64,000 nucleotides of DNA, from contig CAWEJX010000008.1 of assembly GCA_963809485.1 (NCBI GenBank), positions 224,001 to 288,000 of the forward strand. The letters run 5' to 3'. A program made the translations under genes and the position numbers. The stretch comes from an uncultured Acidobacteriota bacterium. GTDB taxonomy: Bacteria > Acidobacteriota > UBA6911. Of this stretch, positions 9,870 to 22,867 are shown in pieces. The notes beneath the pieces are model-generated. The model was not told the origin of the DNA and made no database searches. It was given only the letters and a program-made list of their open reading frames with translations. Numbering within the stretch: the first letter of the stretch is position 1; each line of letters starts with the position of its first letter.

Positions 9870-10208
9870 TCAAAGAAAGAACCTCTGTATCGCATCCCGA
9901 ACGCTTCTTCGTTCTTTCTCGCAGAGACGGCCGATCCTCTTCACGATAATTTCCTGATCGATCGTGGCGAACTTCATGCGAAGGAGCGAGGCTTTGGGCA
10001 ATCCCGACTCCTGCCAGAATCGGATCCGATAGTCACCCAAACCTGGAGAGACGTCCAATCGACTGGTGAGAAAGACGATGACGACATCCTGCCCCGACTT
10101 GTTATAGCTGCCCGGTGAAATGACAAGTGCGGGCCGCTTCTTGACCGTAGTCAGGTCCGTGAATGGGAAGGGAACAATAACAATGTCCCACTTCCTATAG
10201 GGTGTCAT
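9870..10208 (-). CDS. PemK/MazF-family toxin
   Basis: WDIVIVPFPFTDLTTVKKRPALVIS and SGLPKASLLRMKFATID motifs. Confidence 0.9.
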   Translation of the reverse strand: MTPYRKWDIVIVPFPFTDLTTVKKRPALVISPGSYNKSGQDVVIVFLTSRLDVSPGLGDYRIRFWQESGLPKASLLRMKFATIDQEIIVKRIGRLCEKERRSVRDAIQRFFL

Positions 10209-10437
10209 ACACCTCGTCCTCCTCGTTGTCCCATTCATCAAAAGACGATTCCGAAAGCTTCATCGCAGCCCAGGTCTCGGCAGACTTGCCCGATCGGATC
10301 AGTTGCGCTTGCCGCTTCCGGACGTACTCGCCCAGAAGCTCGGAGACAACCTCGGTCATTGTGCGCCCCTCCAGCGAGGCAAGAGCCTTTAGGAGTTTCC
10401 GCTCCTCATCCTTGATCCTGATACTCATCACTGCCAT
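10195..10437 (-). CDS. Putative antitoxin (ribbon-helix-helix N-terminus, acidic tail)
   Basis: MAVMSIRIKDEERKLLKALA; tail LSESSFDEWDNEEDEVYDTL; AGGAG RBS; overlaps the toxin start. Confidence 0.8.
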   Translation of the reverse strand: MAVMSIRIKDEERKLLKALASLEGRTMTEVVSELLGEYVRKRQAQLIRSGKSAETWAAMKLSESSFDEWDNEEDEVYDTL

Positions 10438-10446
10438 AAGGCATGC

Positions 10447-10496
10447 TCCTACATTCCTACATATCATAATGTAGGATATCTGGCTAATCCTGTCAA
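10447..10496 (-). promoter_or_regulatory. Sigma70-like promoter with overlapping operator
   Basis: TTGACA (10491-10496), 17-nt spacer, TACATT; inverted repeat TCCTACAT-N6-ATGTAGGA (10455-10476) plus an extra half-site. Confidence 0.7.
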
Positions 10497-10689
10497 CATG
10501 AACCCTTCTCTGATATTGGAGCCTGCGTTTATGATAGATCAGAAAGCTCTGTTTCAGCTGTCTGCTTTATGGCCCTATCAATTTCGCATTTTTCCAGCTT
10601 CGAGCTGGTAATGGTTGCCGCCTGTGCAAAGTGTGTGTTCCGGCATTCTGCCTTTCGATTCTGTTGACCGGCCACTGCCTACTGTTCAA

Positions 10690-11988
10690 TCAGAATGCCT
10701 CGGCGATCCCCATGCTGAATGTGTGGCCGACTCTTCCAATTCCATAGTCGACCCGGAAGTTGACCCGCTCCTTGTTCGTCAGCCTGAAACGGATGCCGCC
10801 TCCGCCGGCCGGCAGTAAATCTCCCCAACCGATCTCGGAGTATTTGGCGCCTACTCCGCCGAATCCGCCGAAGAAGACGAGGCCGAACCTGTCGAGGATT
10901 TTCTTGGGCGGCATGTTCAGGCGATATTCCGCTTGAGTCGCGAACATCCGCCGATCCTGGTAGCGCCCCCCGGTGTAACCGCGCAAATCGGCGCCGGTTC
11001 CAAACAGGCACAGGTCATAAATGGGAACGTGGTCTCCCGTAGCCAGACACGCCATGCCTCGAAAAGCAAAGACGTCGCGCTTACGCACTGTCTGGTATCT
11101 GTTAATTGCGATTTTCGTGTACTGATAAGTCCACCTGCTCCCAATGCCTTCCCCGAACAAGTCAATTCCTGAATCCAGATAAAATCCCCGCAACGGGTAG
11201 TAGTTGTTGTCGCGCGTGTCCCACTGGAAGCGAGGCCCGAGCGATACCGTCCGCTGTTTAAAAAAATCCGCAATTTCGTTTTTGATTTCCTCTAATCCCG
11301 GCGGCAGCTCGACGCCGCCTTCCGGAAGATCCAATTCCTCTTTATTCAGCGACAGAGTCAGATCGCGATATTGGAACCGGGCACCGAGATAGAATCCTTT
11401 TCTTAAACGGAAGAAAAGCGGCTCAAAGAATGACGCCGATCCATCAATTGTTAATGGCAGATAAAGCCCCCGGTCGCCGGCGCCTTTGCCGACTCCGTAA
11501 ATGTCTGCGTTGATCTTCGCCCTCCCGCCCGCCACGGTAAGCCGATACTTGTCATCCTTGAAGTACAGCCGCCCACCCGCTCCCAGGGCACGGCTCCCAT
11601 TGTTTGTGAACAGTCCCCCGACGCCCACAACTGACTTCGACGTGACCTTGTCCTCCTTGTTGAGGCGGAAAAGGTATCCCACCGCCCACTCCAGGCCGGA
11701 ACCGATCGCAGGGCTGGAAACCGGGATTGGCGCCGCAACCCATTCCGAATCTTTCTCTTTCTTCTCCTTCTTTTCCTCCTGATTCTGTTGCCGTGAACCC
11801 GCGGGGGCCGCCTCAGGCGATGACTCCTGCATTCCGCCGAATAAGGGAAAAGTGAAGGCAACGGCTGCGAAGAGGGGCAGGATCAGGCTGGTTTGAAATC
11901 GGCGTCGACCGCCGGCCGGATTGTCCGCCGTCCGGTCCCGGCGCTGCCTCTCACCTGTCCATGATGCGGCCATTAGAATTCCCTCCAT
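10690..11988 (-). CDS. Omp85 (BamA/TamA-superfamily) barrel without POTRA domains
   Basis: WDTRDNNYYPLRG, DLRGYTGGRYQDRR (VRGF/LRGY lid motif), C-terminal IAEAF. Confidence 0.85.
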   Translation of the reverse strand: MEGILMAASWTGERQRRDRTADNPAGGRRRFQTSLILPLFAAVAFTFPLFGGMQESSPEAAPAGSRQQNQEEKKEKKEKDSEWVAAPIPVSSPAIGSGLEWAVGYLFRLNKEDKVTSKSVVGVGGLFTNNGSRALGAGGRLYFKDDKYRLTVAGGRAKINADIYGVGKGAGDRGLYLPLTIDGSASFFEPLFFRLRKGFYLGARFQYRDLTLSLNKEELDLPEGGVELPPGLEEIKNEIADFFKQRTVSLGPRFQWDTRDNNYYPLRGFYLDSGIDLFGEGIGSRWTYQYTKIAINRYQTVRKRDVFAFRGMACLATGDHVPIYDLCLFGTGADLRGYTGGRYQDRRMFATQAEYRLNMPPKKILDRFGLVFFGGFGGVGAKYSEIGWGDLLPAGGGGIRFRLTNKERVNFRVDYGIGRVGHTFSMGIAEAF

Positions 11989-12081
11989 GTGTCAGTCTGG
12001 AACCAGCGGTTCATCAAACGCTTATATCATGGCTGTTGATTATAGTCATGCCGGCAACGAAATCCCATTGAAAATCCGGAA

Positions 12082-12298
12082 GTCAGGCGGCTCCGGCAAA
12101 GCCGGAGGCTTGAAAGAGTGGAACCGCTCAAAGCGGTTGGAGGAGTTACGCTGGTCTTGAACGCTGACTTACGCGGGCAAAAGCCGACCCTCGCCGAACA
12201 AATCGGCGTATGTCAGCGCTTTTATCAGCGTATCTCAGCGTTTCAAAATACGGAGCTGTCAAACTCTATGAGTCCACCGGCAGAGCCGGGGATTTACC
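12082..12298 (-). mobile_element. Family A element, internally shortened copy A2
   Basis: Same ends as A1, but the nested hairpin is absent and the sequence joins at GCCGA. Confidence 0.75.
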
Positions 12299-12458
12299 AA
12301 TAGAATCATCGCGGCCGCCCTGCAGGCGAAAAGGTACCCGCTGCATTCGTTTTGAAAACCTTGCAGCTGATCCGGCCGAAGGAGATGAAGCCGATGTTCG
12401 CTTCCAGGCCAGGCGGAGCAAGGATTTTGGGGACACTGATGATTGTCCTCTTCAACCC

Positions 12459-16060
<3,602 letters not shown>

Positions 16061-16148
16061 GGCTCTCTCCTTCAAGGCGAGGTCTTTTGGGGAGGGGCGC
16101 AAATGCACCGGCCCCTCCAGCCTCTGTCTATGTGTGGGTCGGTGAAGG

Positions 16149-16646
16149 TTATTCCAGCGGCTCCGTTACGCTCCACTCCGCATCCTCTAATCCCTGCTGA
16201 GGTTCCAGAATGAAGTTGATGAGGTGCTCGAGCGAAAATTGGTGTTTCCGCTGTTCTTCGGCAACCTCCAGGAATGCCTGCTTGAGTCGAGGATCTTTTA
16301 CCCGTGCGGCTCTTTTCCTGTAGAAGTCCTCACATTCCCTGTCCAACTCTTGACCGCTCCGATAAAGCTCAGCGGGCGGAAGATTCTCGTTTACCTTTTC
16401 CTCGCGGTCCAACCGCTTCAGCCTTCGGGAGAAGGGATTAAGGGCTCCAGCCAGGTTCTTGGCGTCCGGAAGCATCCTCCCCTCTGCCTTCTTCATCTTC
16501 TCAAAGTCGCGGCGGTGGGTCGCCTGGTCGTCGGCAAGCAAGACCATGATCTTGCGCAGGCCGGGTTTCTTCACCTTTTTGGCAAGGCCATGGAAAAACT
16601 TCTCTCCGTCGCGACTCATCTGAACGGCAAAGTCATAAGGGTTCAT
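16149..16646 (-). CDS. Ferritin-like / rubrerythrin-domain protein
   Basis: MNPYDFAVQMSRDGEKFF..LADDQATH and FY..VAEEQRKH; diiron ExxH ligands partly degenerate; GGAGG RBS. Confidence 0.75.
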   Translation of the reverse strand: MNPYDFAVQMSRDGEKFFHGLAKKVKKPGLRKIMVLLADDQATHRRDFEKMKKAEGRMLPDAKNLAGALNPFSRRLKRLDREEKVNENLPPAELYRSGQELDRECEDFYRKRAARVKDPRLKQAFLEVAEEQRKHQFSLEHLINFILEPQQGLEDAEWSVTEPLE

Positions 16647-16664
16647 CCCTCTTCCTCCCTTTGG

Positions 16665-16780
16665 GAGGGGGACAGTCACCAGTGTCCCCCGTTTACGGGC
16701 CCGGATCTTTGAGAGCCCTCGCGGAGCGGAGGTATGGGCGACACGCCGCTGCTTCGGGGACACTGGTGACTGTCCCCCTC
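16665..16780. repeat. 25-bp perfect inverted repeat (REP-like doublet)
   Basis: GAGGGGGACAGTCACCAGTGTCCCC (16665-16689) and its reverse complement (16756-16780), 66-nt spacer. Confidence 0.85.
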
Positions 16781-16783
16781 ACC

Positions 16784-17878
16784 TCATTGTACTTGGGGCG
16801 GCAACAGGTAAAGCGTCATGGCGAAGATCAAATACACCATCAGCACCAACACTCCGACGAACCATGCCGAGCGCCCGCTGTTGGTCACGAATGTTGCTGT
16901 AACCGTCGCAAGGAGCATCATCACCACAGCTCCCGGCCAGAACTGCAGGTTCATCGGCGTCGGACCCAGGACGTAGCTGCACAGCACAAGCACCGGCGCA
17001 ACGAAGAGGGCAATTTGAGACGCGCTCCCCAGGGCGATGCCCACGCTCAGGTCCAGCCGGTTCTTTCGCGCGCCGGAGAAAGCCGAAGCCATCTCCGCAG
17101 CCCCGCCGACTAGCGCCACGACGATGAAGCCCACGAACGCGGGGGTCATCCCGAACGCCTCCGCCGCCTTTTGAACTGACTCGACGAACACTTCGCTCAC
17201 CAATGCTACCAGCACCGTCACTCCGGCCAGGGTGGACAGGGCCAGGCCTATGGGCCACGGCACCTCGCCTTCTTCCGCGTGCTCGGCGGTGCCGAACAAT
17301 TCGCGATGCGTTTTGAGCGAGAACACCAAACCGAGCGCGTACGCAATGATGAGCAGCACGGCCAGGCCTACGCTTAAAGTGTTTGTGAACTCCACCTCCG
17401 TCCCAGAGCTTTTTTCGGCAACCGCCGAAGGAATCAGGATCGCAACCGTAGCAAGGAAGAGCATCCCCGCCTGGGTGCGGGCGCCGACACGGTTGAATTC
17501 CTGCACATGGTGTTTGAGGCCGCCGAGCAGGAACGACGCGCCCAACATGAACAGCGTGTTGGTGACAATCGCGCCGGCGATGGAAGCCTTCACCAGCATG
17601 TATTGCCCCGCCCGCAAAGCGGCGAGCGCGATGACGAGTTCGGTCAGGTTTCCCAGCGTGGCGTTGAGCAAGCCCCCAACCGCATCGCCCGTCTTGGCCG
17701 ACACCGATTCGGTCGCGTGACTGAGCAGCGTCGCCAGCGGCACGATGGCCAGCACAGACAGCACAAACAGCATTGTGTGCGCTTCGGGCTTGAGCATTTC
17801 GCTTACGAACAGCGCAGGCACGAATACCAGTAGCCACAACAGCGGATTGTGACGGATTGCGGAAAGCAGCAGTTTCAT
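16784..17878 (-). CDS. cax: Ca2+/H+ antiporter (CaCA family)
   Basis: GGLLNATLGNLTEL and VGGAAEM...SVGIALGSASQIALFVAP alpha-repeats. Confidence 0.92.
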   Translation of the reverse strand: MKLLLSAIRHNPLLWLLVFVPALFVSEMLKPEAHTMLFVLSVLAIVPLATLLSHATESVSAKTGDAVGGLLNATLGNLTELVIALAALRAGQYMLVKASIAGAIVTNTLFMLGASFLLGGLKHHVQEFNRVGARTQAGMLFLATVAILIPSAVAEKSSGTEVEFTNTLSVGLAVLLIIAYALGLVFSLKTHRELFGTAEHAEEGEVPWPIGLALSTLAGVTVLVALVSEVFVESVQKAAEAFGMTPAFVGFIVVALVGGAAEMASAFSGARKNRLDLSVGIALGSASQIALFVAPVLVLCSYVLGPTPMNLQFWPGAVVMMLLATVTATFVTNSGRSAWFVGVLVLMVYLIFAMTLYLLPPQVQ

Positions 17879-17913
17879 GAGCGTTTCCCCTTTCCCGGCG
17901 GATTGTTCCAGCG

Positions 17914-18861
17914 TCAGTTTGGTCGCCCCAGCCATGAATATTGCCACGCCACGCTGAGGTTGTGATAATCGCCGCCGAACCTGATGTAAGTGCCCCTGTT
18001 GTAACTCATCTTGATGGAATGGTTGCGGGTCAGCGGAATCGAGCCGGTCACTCCAAGACGCGAATTTTTCTGCAGCGTTGCAGGGTTTTCAACACCGTTC
18101 AGGCTGGTCCGGCCGCCGTACCAGAAGTTTCCGTCCAGCGAAACCCAGAACCGCGGTTTCACATCGTAACTCAGGTGCCCCTCAAGGGCCACGATGGGTT
18201 CCTGGGTTTGAGACTGGACGTAAGGAACGTATTCGTTCTGCGAAAAAAACTCCGGATTGCGGGTATAGAGCCAGACACCGCAGTACCCGTCCAGGATCCA
18301 GTGGCCCATTCTCCGCGAGTAGCCGAACTCCGGTTTGAATGCCCAGCGGTTGGCCCCATAGTTGATCAGCTTCCTGGGATCATACTGACCGGTTGGAGCG
18401 ACTACTTTCAGACTGGCTCCGAGTACCGTCTTCTGCTGGTACTTCCTGAACTCGCCGATGTCCATCGCCGGCCCGCCCTTCAGGTTCACGGCGAAGCGGA
18501 ACATCGTATCGAACAGGCCGGAGCGGTAGACGTTGGTCTCCTTGCCGAGGACGTTGCCCTCGAAGTTGCCGACCCCATAGGGCAGTGAGGCGGTGATATT
18601 GGCGGATCGGCCAAACAGGTTTAGCGAATGATACAGACTGAATATGGGCACGTTGACATCCGCAGTCGCATCGGTGATGGGCACCGTACCGTTGAACGCC
18701 AAATTGCCGGAAAAGAAGGAGTTCGTCAGGACGACCGCATTGGAGTGGATCGGGGTGATCACATAGGCCCGCGGCGAGAGGTCCTGCCCCTGGCAGACCA
18801 AGCAGGCCATAAAAGCACCAAAGAGGCAGCAGGCCAATCTCATTCCCAAGTGTTTTTTCAT
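17914..18861 (-). CDS. Outer-membrane 'transporter' (MetA-pathway/SphA-like beta-barrel)
   Basis: Signal peptide, QDLSPRAY, VAPTGQYDPRKLINYGANRWAFKPE, C-terminal AWQYSW. Confidence 0.75.
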   Translation of the reverse strand: MKKHLGMRLACCLFGAFMACLVCQGQDLSPRAYVITPIHSNAVVLTNSFFSGNLAFNGTVPITDATADVNVPIFSLYHSLNLFGRSANITASLPYGVGNFEGNVLGKETNVYRSGLFDTMFRFAVNLKGGPAMDIGEFRKYQQKTVLGASLKVVAPTGQYDPRKLINYGANRWAFKPEFGYSRRMGHWILDGYCGVWLYTRNPEFFSQNEYVPYVQSQTQEPIVALEGHLSYDVKPRFWVSLDGNFWYGGRTSLNGVENPATLQKNSRLGVTGSIPLTRNHSIKMSYNRGTYIRFGGDYHNLSVAWQYSWLGRPN

Positions 18862-19027
18862 TTTCCTTCCTGTTTGAACATGATACGCAGCTGTGCCCAT
18901 GTTCTAACACATTTTCTGATTGCCTGAAACCCGGCTCTGGATTCCGAATCGAGCATCAGCCAAGACTACGCTGTCGGTGGAACACCCGGAGGACAATATT
19001 TTCTGTTTCTCGCCTCCCCCGACACAA

Positions 19028-19043
19028 CTGTAAATATGTACAG
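19028..19043. promoter_or_regulatory. CTGTMA-N4-TKACAG operator (1 mismatch)
   Basis: CTGTAAATATGTACAG between the divergent transporter and VIT genes. Confidence 0.65.
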
Positions 19044-19063
19044 TATCGGGAAATCATTGGAAA

Positions 19064-19122
19064 TACGGTTTTTCACGGATCTCCACAGATTTGTATCCGT
19101 GAAGATCCGCGCGAATCTATGG
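19064..19122. repeat. CACGGAT/ATCCGTG ~10-nt periodic hairpin
   Basis: TTCACGGATCTCCACAGAT..ATCCGTGAAGATCCGCG; related to 25917-25966 and 29934-29980. Confidence 0.6.
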
Positions 19123-19256
19123 CCGATTCCCATTGCAGCTCAGCCCGATCCGTGCGGCACGTTGTCCGGGATTGGTTAACACGTATAATGTAATGCGCGT
19201 TCGACTTCACATAGAAAAATGCTATATAGTCAATTGTTGGCTGATCGGTATCCTCG

Positions 19257-19955
19257 GTGCAACAACAAACTAATGAGTCGGGAAGCGACGCTATGTTCTT
19301 AGACCACTCTCAGAATCCCAAACGCCTCCTGGATCCTATGGATCGCGTATCGGAAGTGCTGTTTGGGCTGATCATGGTGCTTACGTTCACCGGTTCGTTC
19401 AGCGCCGCCCAGGCGGGCCGTGCCGATATCCGCGAATTGCTGATCGGGGCGCTGGGCTGCAATCTTGCCTGGGGAATTATTGACGCCATCATGTATCTGA
19501 TGGCTTGTCTCAGCGAACGCGGACAGGGAATCCTCACTTTGCGCGCGGTACGCGGCGCCGGAATGGCTGCGGAAGCTCATCGCGCGATTGTCAGCGCGCT
19601 GCCCGAGGGCGTCGCGAGTGTACTTCAACCAACGGAACTGGAAACGATCCGCCAGAGGTTGAACCAACTGCCCGAACCCCCGGCGCGCCCGCGTCTGCAA
19701 AAGGATGACTGGCTTGGCGCTTTTGCGGTGTTCCTGTGGGTGTTTGCCTTCACCTTTCCTGTGGTCATCCCGTTTATATTCATGCACGATGCCCTGTTCG
19801 CTCTTCGGATCTCAAACATCATTGCCGTAGCGATGCTGTTTCTGACGGGGCACGCCTTCGGGCGTTGCGTTGGCTACCGCCCGTTAGTACTTGGATTCTC
19901 CATGGTCTTGCTTGGCATAGTGCTGGCAGGATTAGCCATCGCCCTTGGAGGATAA
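19257..19955 (+). CDS. VIT1/CCC1-like membrane protein
   Basis: LDPMDRVSEVLFGLIMVLTFT, ALGCNLAWGIIDAIMYL, about 5 TM segments; the start may be ATG 19293. Confidence 0.75.
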   Translation: MQQQTNESGSDAMFLDHSQNPKRLLDPMDRVSEVLFGLIMVLTFTGSFSAAQAGRADIRELLIGALGCNLAWGIIDAIMYLMACLSERGQGILTLRAVRGAGMAAEAHRAIVSALPEGVASVLQPTELETIRQRLNQLPEPPARPRLQKDDWLGAFAVFLWVFAFTFPVVIPFIFMHDALFALRISNIIAVAMLFLTGHAFGRCVGYRPLVLGFSMVLLGIVLAGLAIALGG

Positions 19956-20010
19956 GATTCAGGGGTTGTGTCCGGACATAATCCCTTCAGGGTAGTGATA
20001 CAGCATGCCC

Positions 20011-20266
20011 GAATCCATTGGGCCACCGGCTCTGCCGGTGACAGTTTGACAAATACCGGAGCATGCCTTTTACCCGGTTTTCTGACAGCAACCGGAAGAT
20101 AAGCAACGCAAACACTGAATATCGAATATCGAATGTCGAACCGCAGAAGTAATGACCTCGAAATTCATCCTTCGTTATTCGACATTCGATATTCAGTATT
20201 TCTGTCCAGTATTTGTCAAACGGATACTGCCTCACCGGCAGAGCCGAGGGATCTCCCGATGGATTA
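20011..20266. mobile_element. IS200/IS605-like remnant: two left-end-like hairpins facing each other around a heptamer hairpin
   Basis: CACCGGC-TCT-GCCGGTG..TTTGACAAATAC at 20024 and an inverted copy at ~20205-20266 matching 45115-45175; (ATATCGA)n/(TCGATAT)n inside. Confidence 0.6.
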
Positions 20267-22792
20267 GCGCCGGCGACGGCTCATCCCGCCTCCCGAAAAA
20301 TTGCGGTTAGAGGTTGTCCGCGTCTGTCCCATGGACCGGGCATCCCACTGGCGATTCAGGTTCTGGATTTCCTGACTACCAAGCATTTGCTGGGACTGCA
20401 TTTGCGCCGCTTGGCGATTCTGTTGGGTCCCGCGCTGCGCGGCAGCGTCCCGTGCCGCCCCGGTTCTGCTCTGCGCGTCGGCGCCGGCCGCGGACCTGTC
20501 CACTGAATTCCAGCCGCTTCCGGAGTTTTGCTCCCAACCGTCCGCCCCTTTTCGGTAGACGGTGCCGTCTTTTGCCGCATATACGCTGTCGCCAACCCTG
20601 GCAACAGCGCCGTTTTCACCGCGAAGGTAGGCGGCGCTGCCGCTCTCGCCCGAATCCGCGTTGCCCATGGTGATGCGGCCGCCTGTAACTGTATTTCCCG
20701 TGGCGCCGCTCGTGACCGAACCCCTGCTTCCATAGGCATAGTTGTCTGTATAGACGTTGTAAACGCCGGCACGCTGACCCGCGGCGATGTTGCCGTTTCT
20801 CGAGTTATAGGACATCCCCACCTGATTCGCCCACTGGTTTCCGGTCCAGGCATTGAAGCCCTGTGAGGTGCGCGTGACCGCGCCCGTATCGCCGTAACGG
20901 TGGTAGACGTTCCCTGTGGTCGCGGCAAAACCGCCGGGTCCCCATGCTACTGCCCCTCCGGGCCCCCACGCTACCCCGCCGTAAACGGGCACATAGTACG
21001 GGTAGGGGTAGTAGTATCCCCAACCTACCGGTCCCCACCAGGGGTATGGTCCCCAGCCCCAGCCCATCGGATACATGGGATAACCCCAAGACCAGCCGAA
21101 GCCGTAGCTGACCGCCCAACCGTTCCAGGGCGTGTAGGTGATGCTGCTTCCGCAGCCATAGGTAACCGGAGGCCCGAACCAGGTCGCACCCACCCATGGG
21201 GTATATGTGTAGCCCGTTCCGTACACCACGACGTATCCGGAACCCTGGGTCACTACGGTTCCGTAATATCCGGGCGTATAGCCGACATCCACTGTGGTCG
21301 TAGTGGAGCCGTAAACTTTCACATATGTGACATAATGCAGCGGCGCACTTGGCGGAATCTCATAAATCACGCCTGGAACGGAATCCGCGACAATCCAGGG
21401 ACCTTTGACGGATTCCGCCTTGAACCAGACGCCATTCTCAACGGCGTAGAACGTTTTGGCATCTACCCGGATTATGGGGGTGGCCGTATTGGCCGCATAT
21501 TGGAGGGGGGTGTCTTCCAACGGCTTGAGCTGAGGCTCGCCGTCGAATTGCGGCGGATTGAGCTTGACATCGCTGCGGCTGACTGTGGCGGTTTGCGGGA
21601 TATGAGCCGCTATCACCGCCTCCAACGCCTGCTGTGTGCCGGGAATGCTCGCCTTTACGTTTTCCTTCGGGCTGTCATCGGGAATTTTCAAAAAATCCGC
21701 CGGAAGCTTTCCCCCGGGAACAAATTCCCATGATCCCTTGCCGGAATCCGAGCGGAACCATCGTCCCGAGATTAAGGCATAGAGCTTGCTTTCCTGGTTG
21801 TCCCTGAAGAGGTGACCCGTGGTATTTTCTGCATAGGTCAGGTTGGTTCCAGGTATGGATACGAATTTCGGCGCTCCTTCGGTGACGATCAGTTCGGTCG
21901 GCGTGGTGGCCATGTAAACCACGGGAACGGGCTTCTTGGAAAGCGACGGCGGCGGCAGCTTGCTCTCCGGATCCGCTTTTCCTTCGAGGAGATCGACCTG
22001 GCCGGCCGCAATCGCTTCCTTCATGACCGCTGCAAGTACCTCCGGGGGCTTTTTGCACACTTTCCACGGACCCCCGAAAGCCTTCGATTCCATCCATCCG
22101 TCAAAAAGATGGAAATAGAATTTCCCGACCGTGTCCTTCAGGATCAGCGGGCGCGCGTTGACTACTCGAGTCAATGCCAGGTTCCCTACCGGGCGGTATG
22201 CCGGCGGACCATCCACATAGACGAGAATGGCCGGGACTTCAGAGTGAATGATCGCGGGCGGATCATTTTTCAAGGGGTATGCTTTGAATTTGTGCTCCGC
22301 TTCCATGACTGTGAGCGCAGTCTCGAAGCGGTCGAGCGAGATCTGCCGGACTTTCGGTATCACGTTGCTTTGCAGGATCCCAAGGTAGGATTCCTCACTA
22401 TCAGGGCTGGAGGGGAAAATTGCCTTAACGATTTTCACATCCACGAACTCGACCATGCGGGTTGATTTGTCAATGCTGGCACCGGCCGTCGCCCGCACTG
22501 CGCCATACAGCGTCTTGTCGCGTCCCTCGACCTTAACCTCGACGGCGGACAGCACCTCGACATTGCGGCCATCCCATGAATCTAACTGCGGCTGATGGAC
22601 TATAAACGTTGCATCGCCGCTTTTGATTTCCCGCGGCCAGGTGTCTTCGTCCGGAACCTGATCGGCCGGTTGCTGGGCTTTTGCCGCGCCGTTGACCTGA
22701 GAGGCTCCGTGTATCCATTCCCAGTTGAAAGCGCCAAGGAGCAAACTTCCTGTTGCCAGCATGATGAGAGCGAAACGCGGATGATTTAACAT
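20264..22792 (-). CDS. Large exported protein with Tyr/Gly/Trp-rich segment and low-complexity tail
   Basis: 842-aa ORF with signal peptide, WPREIK, SGRWFRS, GVWFKA, a YPYPYY/GWGWG-rich region and a GGGMSRRRR end. Confidence 0.8.
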   Translation of the reverse strand: MLNHPRFALIMLATGSLLLGAFNWEWIHGASQVNGAAKAQQPADQVPDEDTWPREIKSGDATFIVHQPQLDSWDGRNVEVLSAVEVKVEGRDKTLYGAVRATAGASIDKSTRMVEFVDVKIVKAIFPSSPDSEESYLGILQSNVIPKVRQISLDRFETALTVMEAEHKFKAYPLKNDPPAIIHSEVPAILVYVDGPPAYRPVGNLALTRVVNARPLILKDTVGKFYFHLFDGWMESKAFGGPWKVCKKPPEVLAAVMKEAIAAGQVDLLEGKADPESKLPPPSLSKKPVPVVYMATTPTELIVTEGAPKFVSIPGTNLTYAENTTGHLFRDNQESKLYALISGRWFRSDSGKGSWEFVPGGKLPADFLKIPDDSPKENVKASIPGTQQALEAVIAAHIPQTATVSRSDVKLNPPQFDGEPQLKPLEDTPLQYAANTATPIIRVDAKTFYAVENGVWFKAESVKGPWIVADSVPGVIYEIPPSAPLHYVTYVKVYGSTTTTVDVGYTPGYYGTVVTQGSGYVVVYGTGYTYTPWVGATWFGPPVTYGCGSSITYTPWNGWAVSYGFGWSWGYPMYPMGWGWGPYPWWGPVGWGYYYPYPYYVPVYGGVAWGPGGAVAWGPGGFAATTGNVYHRYGDTGAVTRTSQGFNAWTGNQWANQVGMSYNSRNGNIAAGQRAGVYNVYTDNYAYGSRGSVTSGATGNTVTGGRITMGNADSGESGSAAYLRGENGAVARVGDSVYAAKDGTVYRKGADGWEQNSGSGWNSVDRSAAGADAQSRTGAARDAAAQRGTQQNRQAAQMQSQQMLGSQEIQNLNRQWDARSMGQTRTTSNRNFSGGGMSRRRR

Positions 22793-22867
22793 GCATACCT
22801 CCCGATGAGGGTAGAACTATATCAGTTTTACAGGAATAGGGATCCTTCACATTTCAATCCTCTGCGC

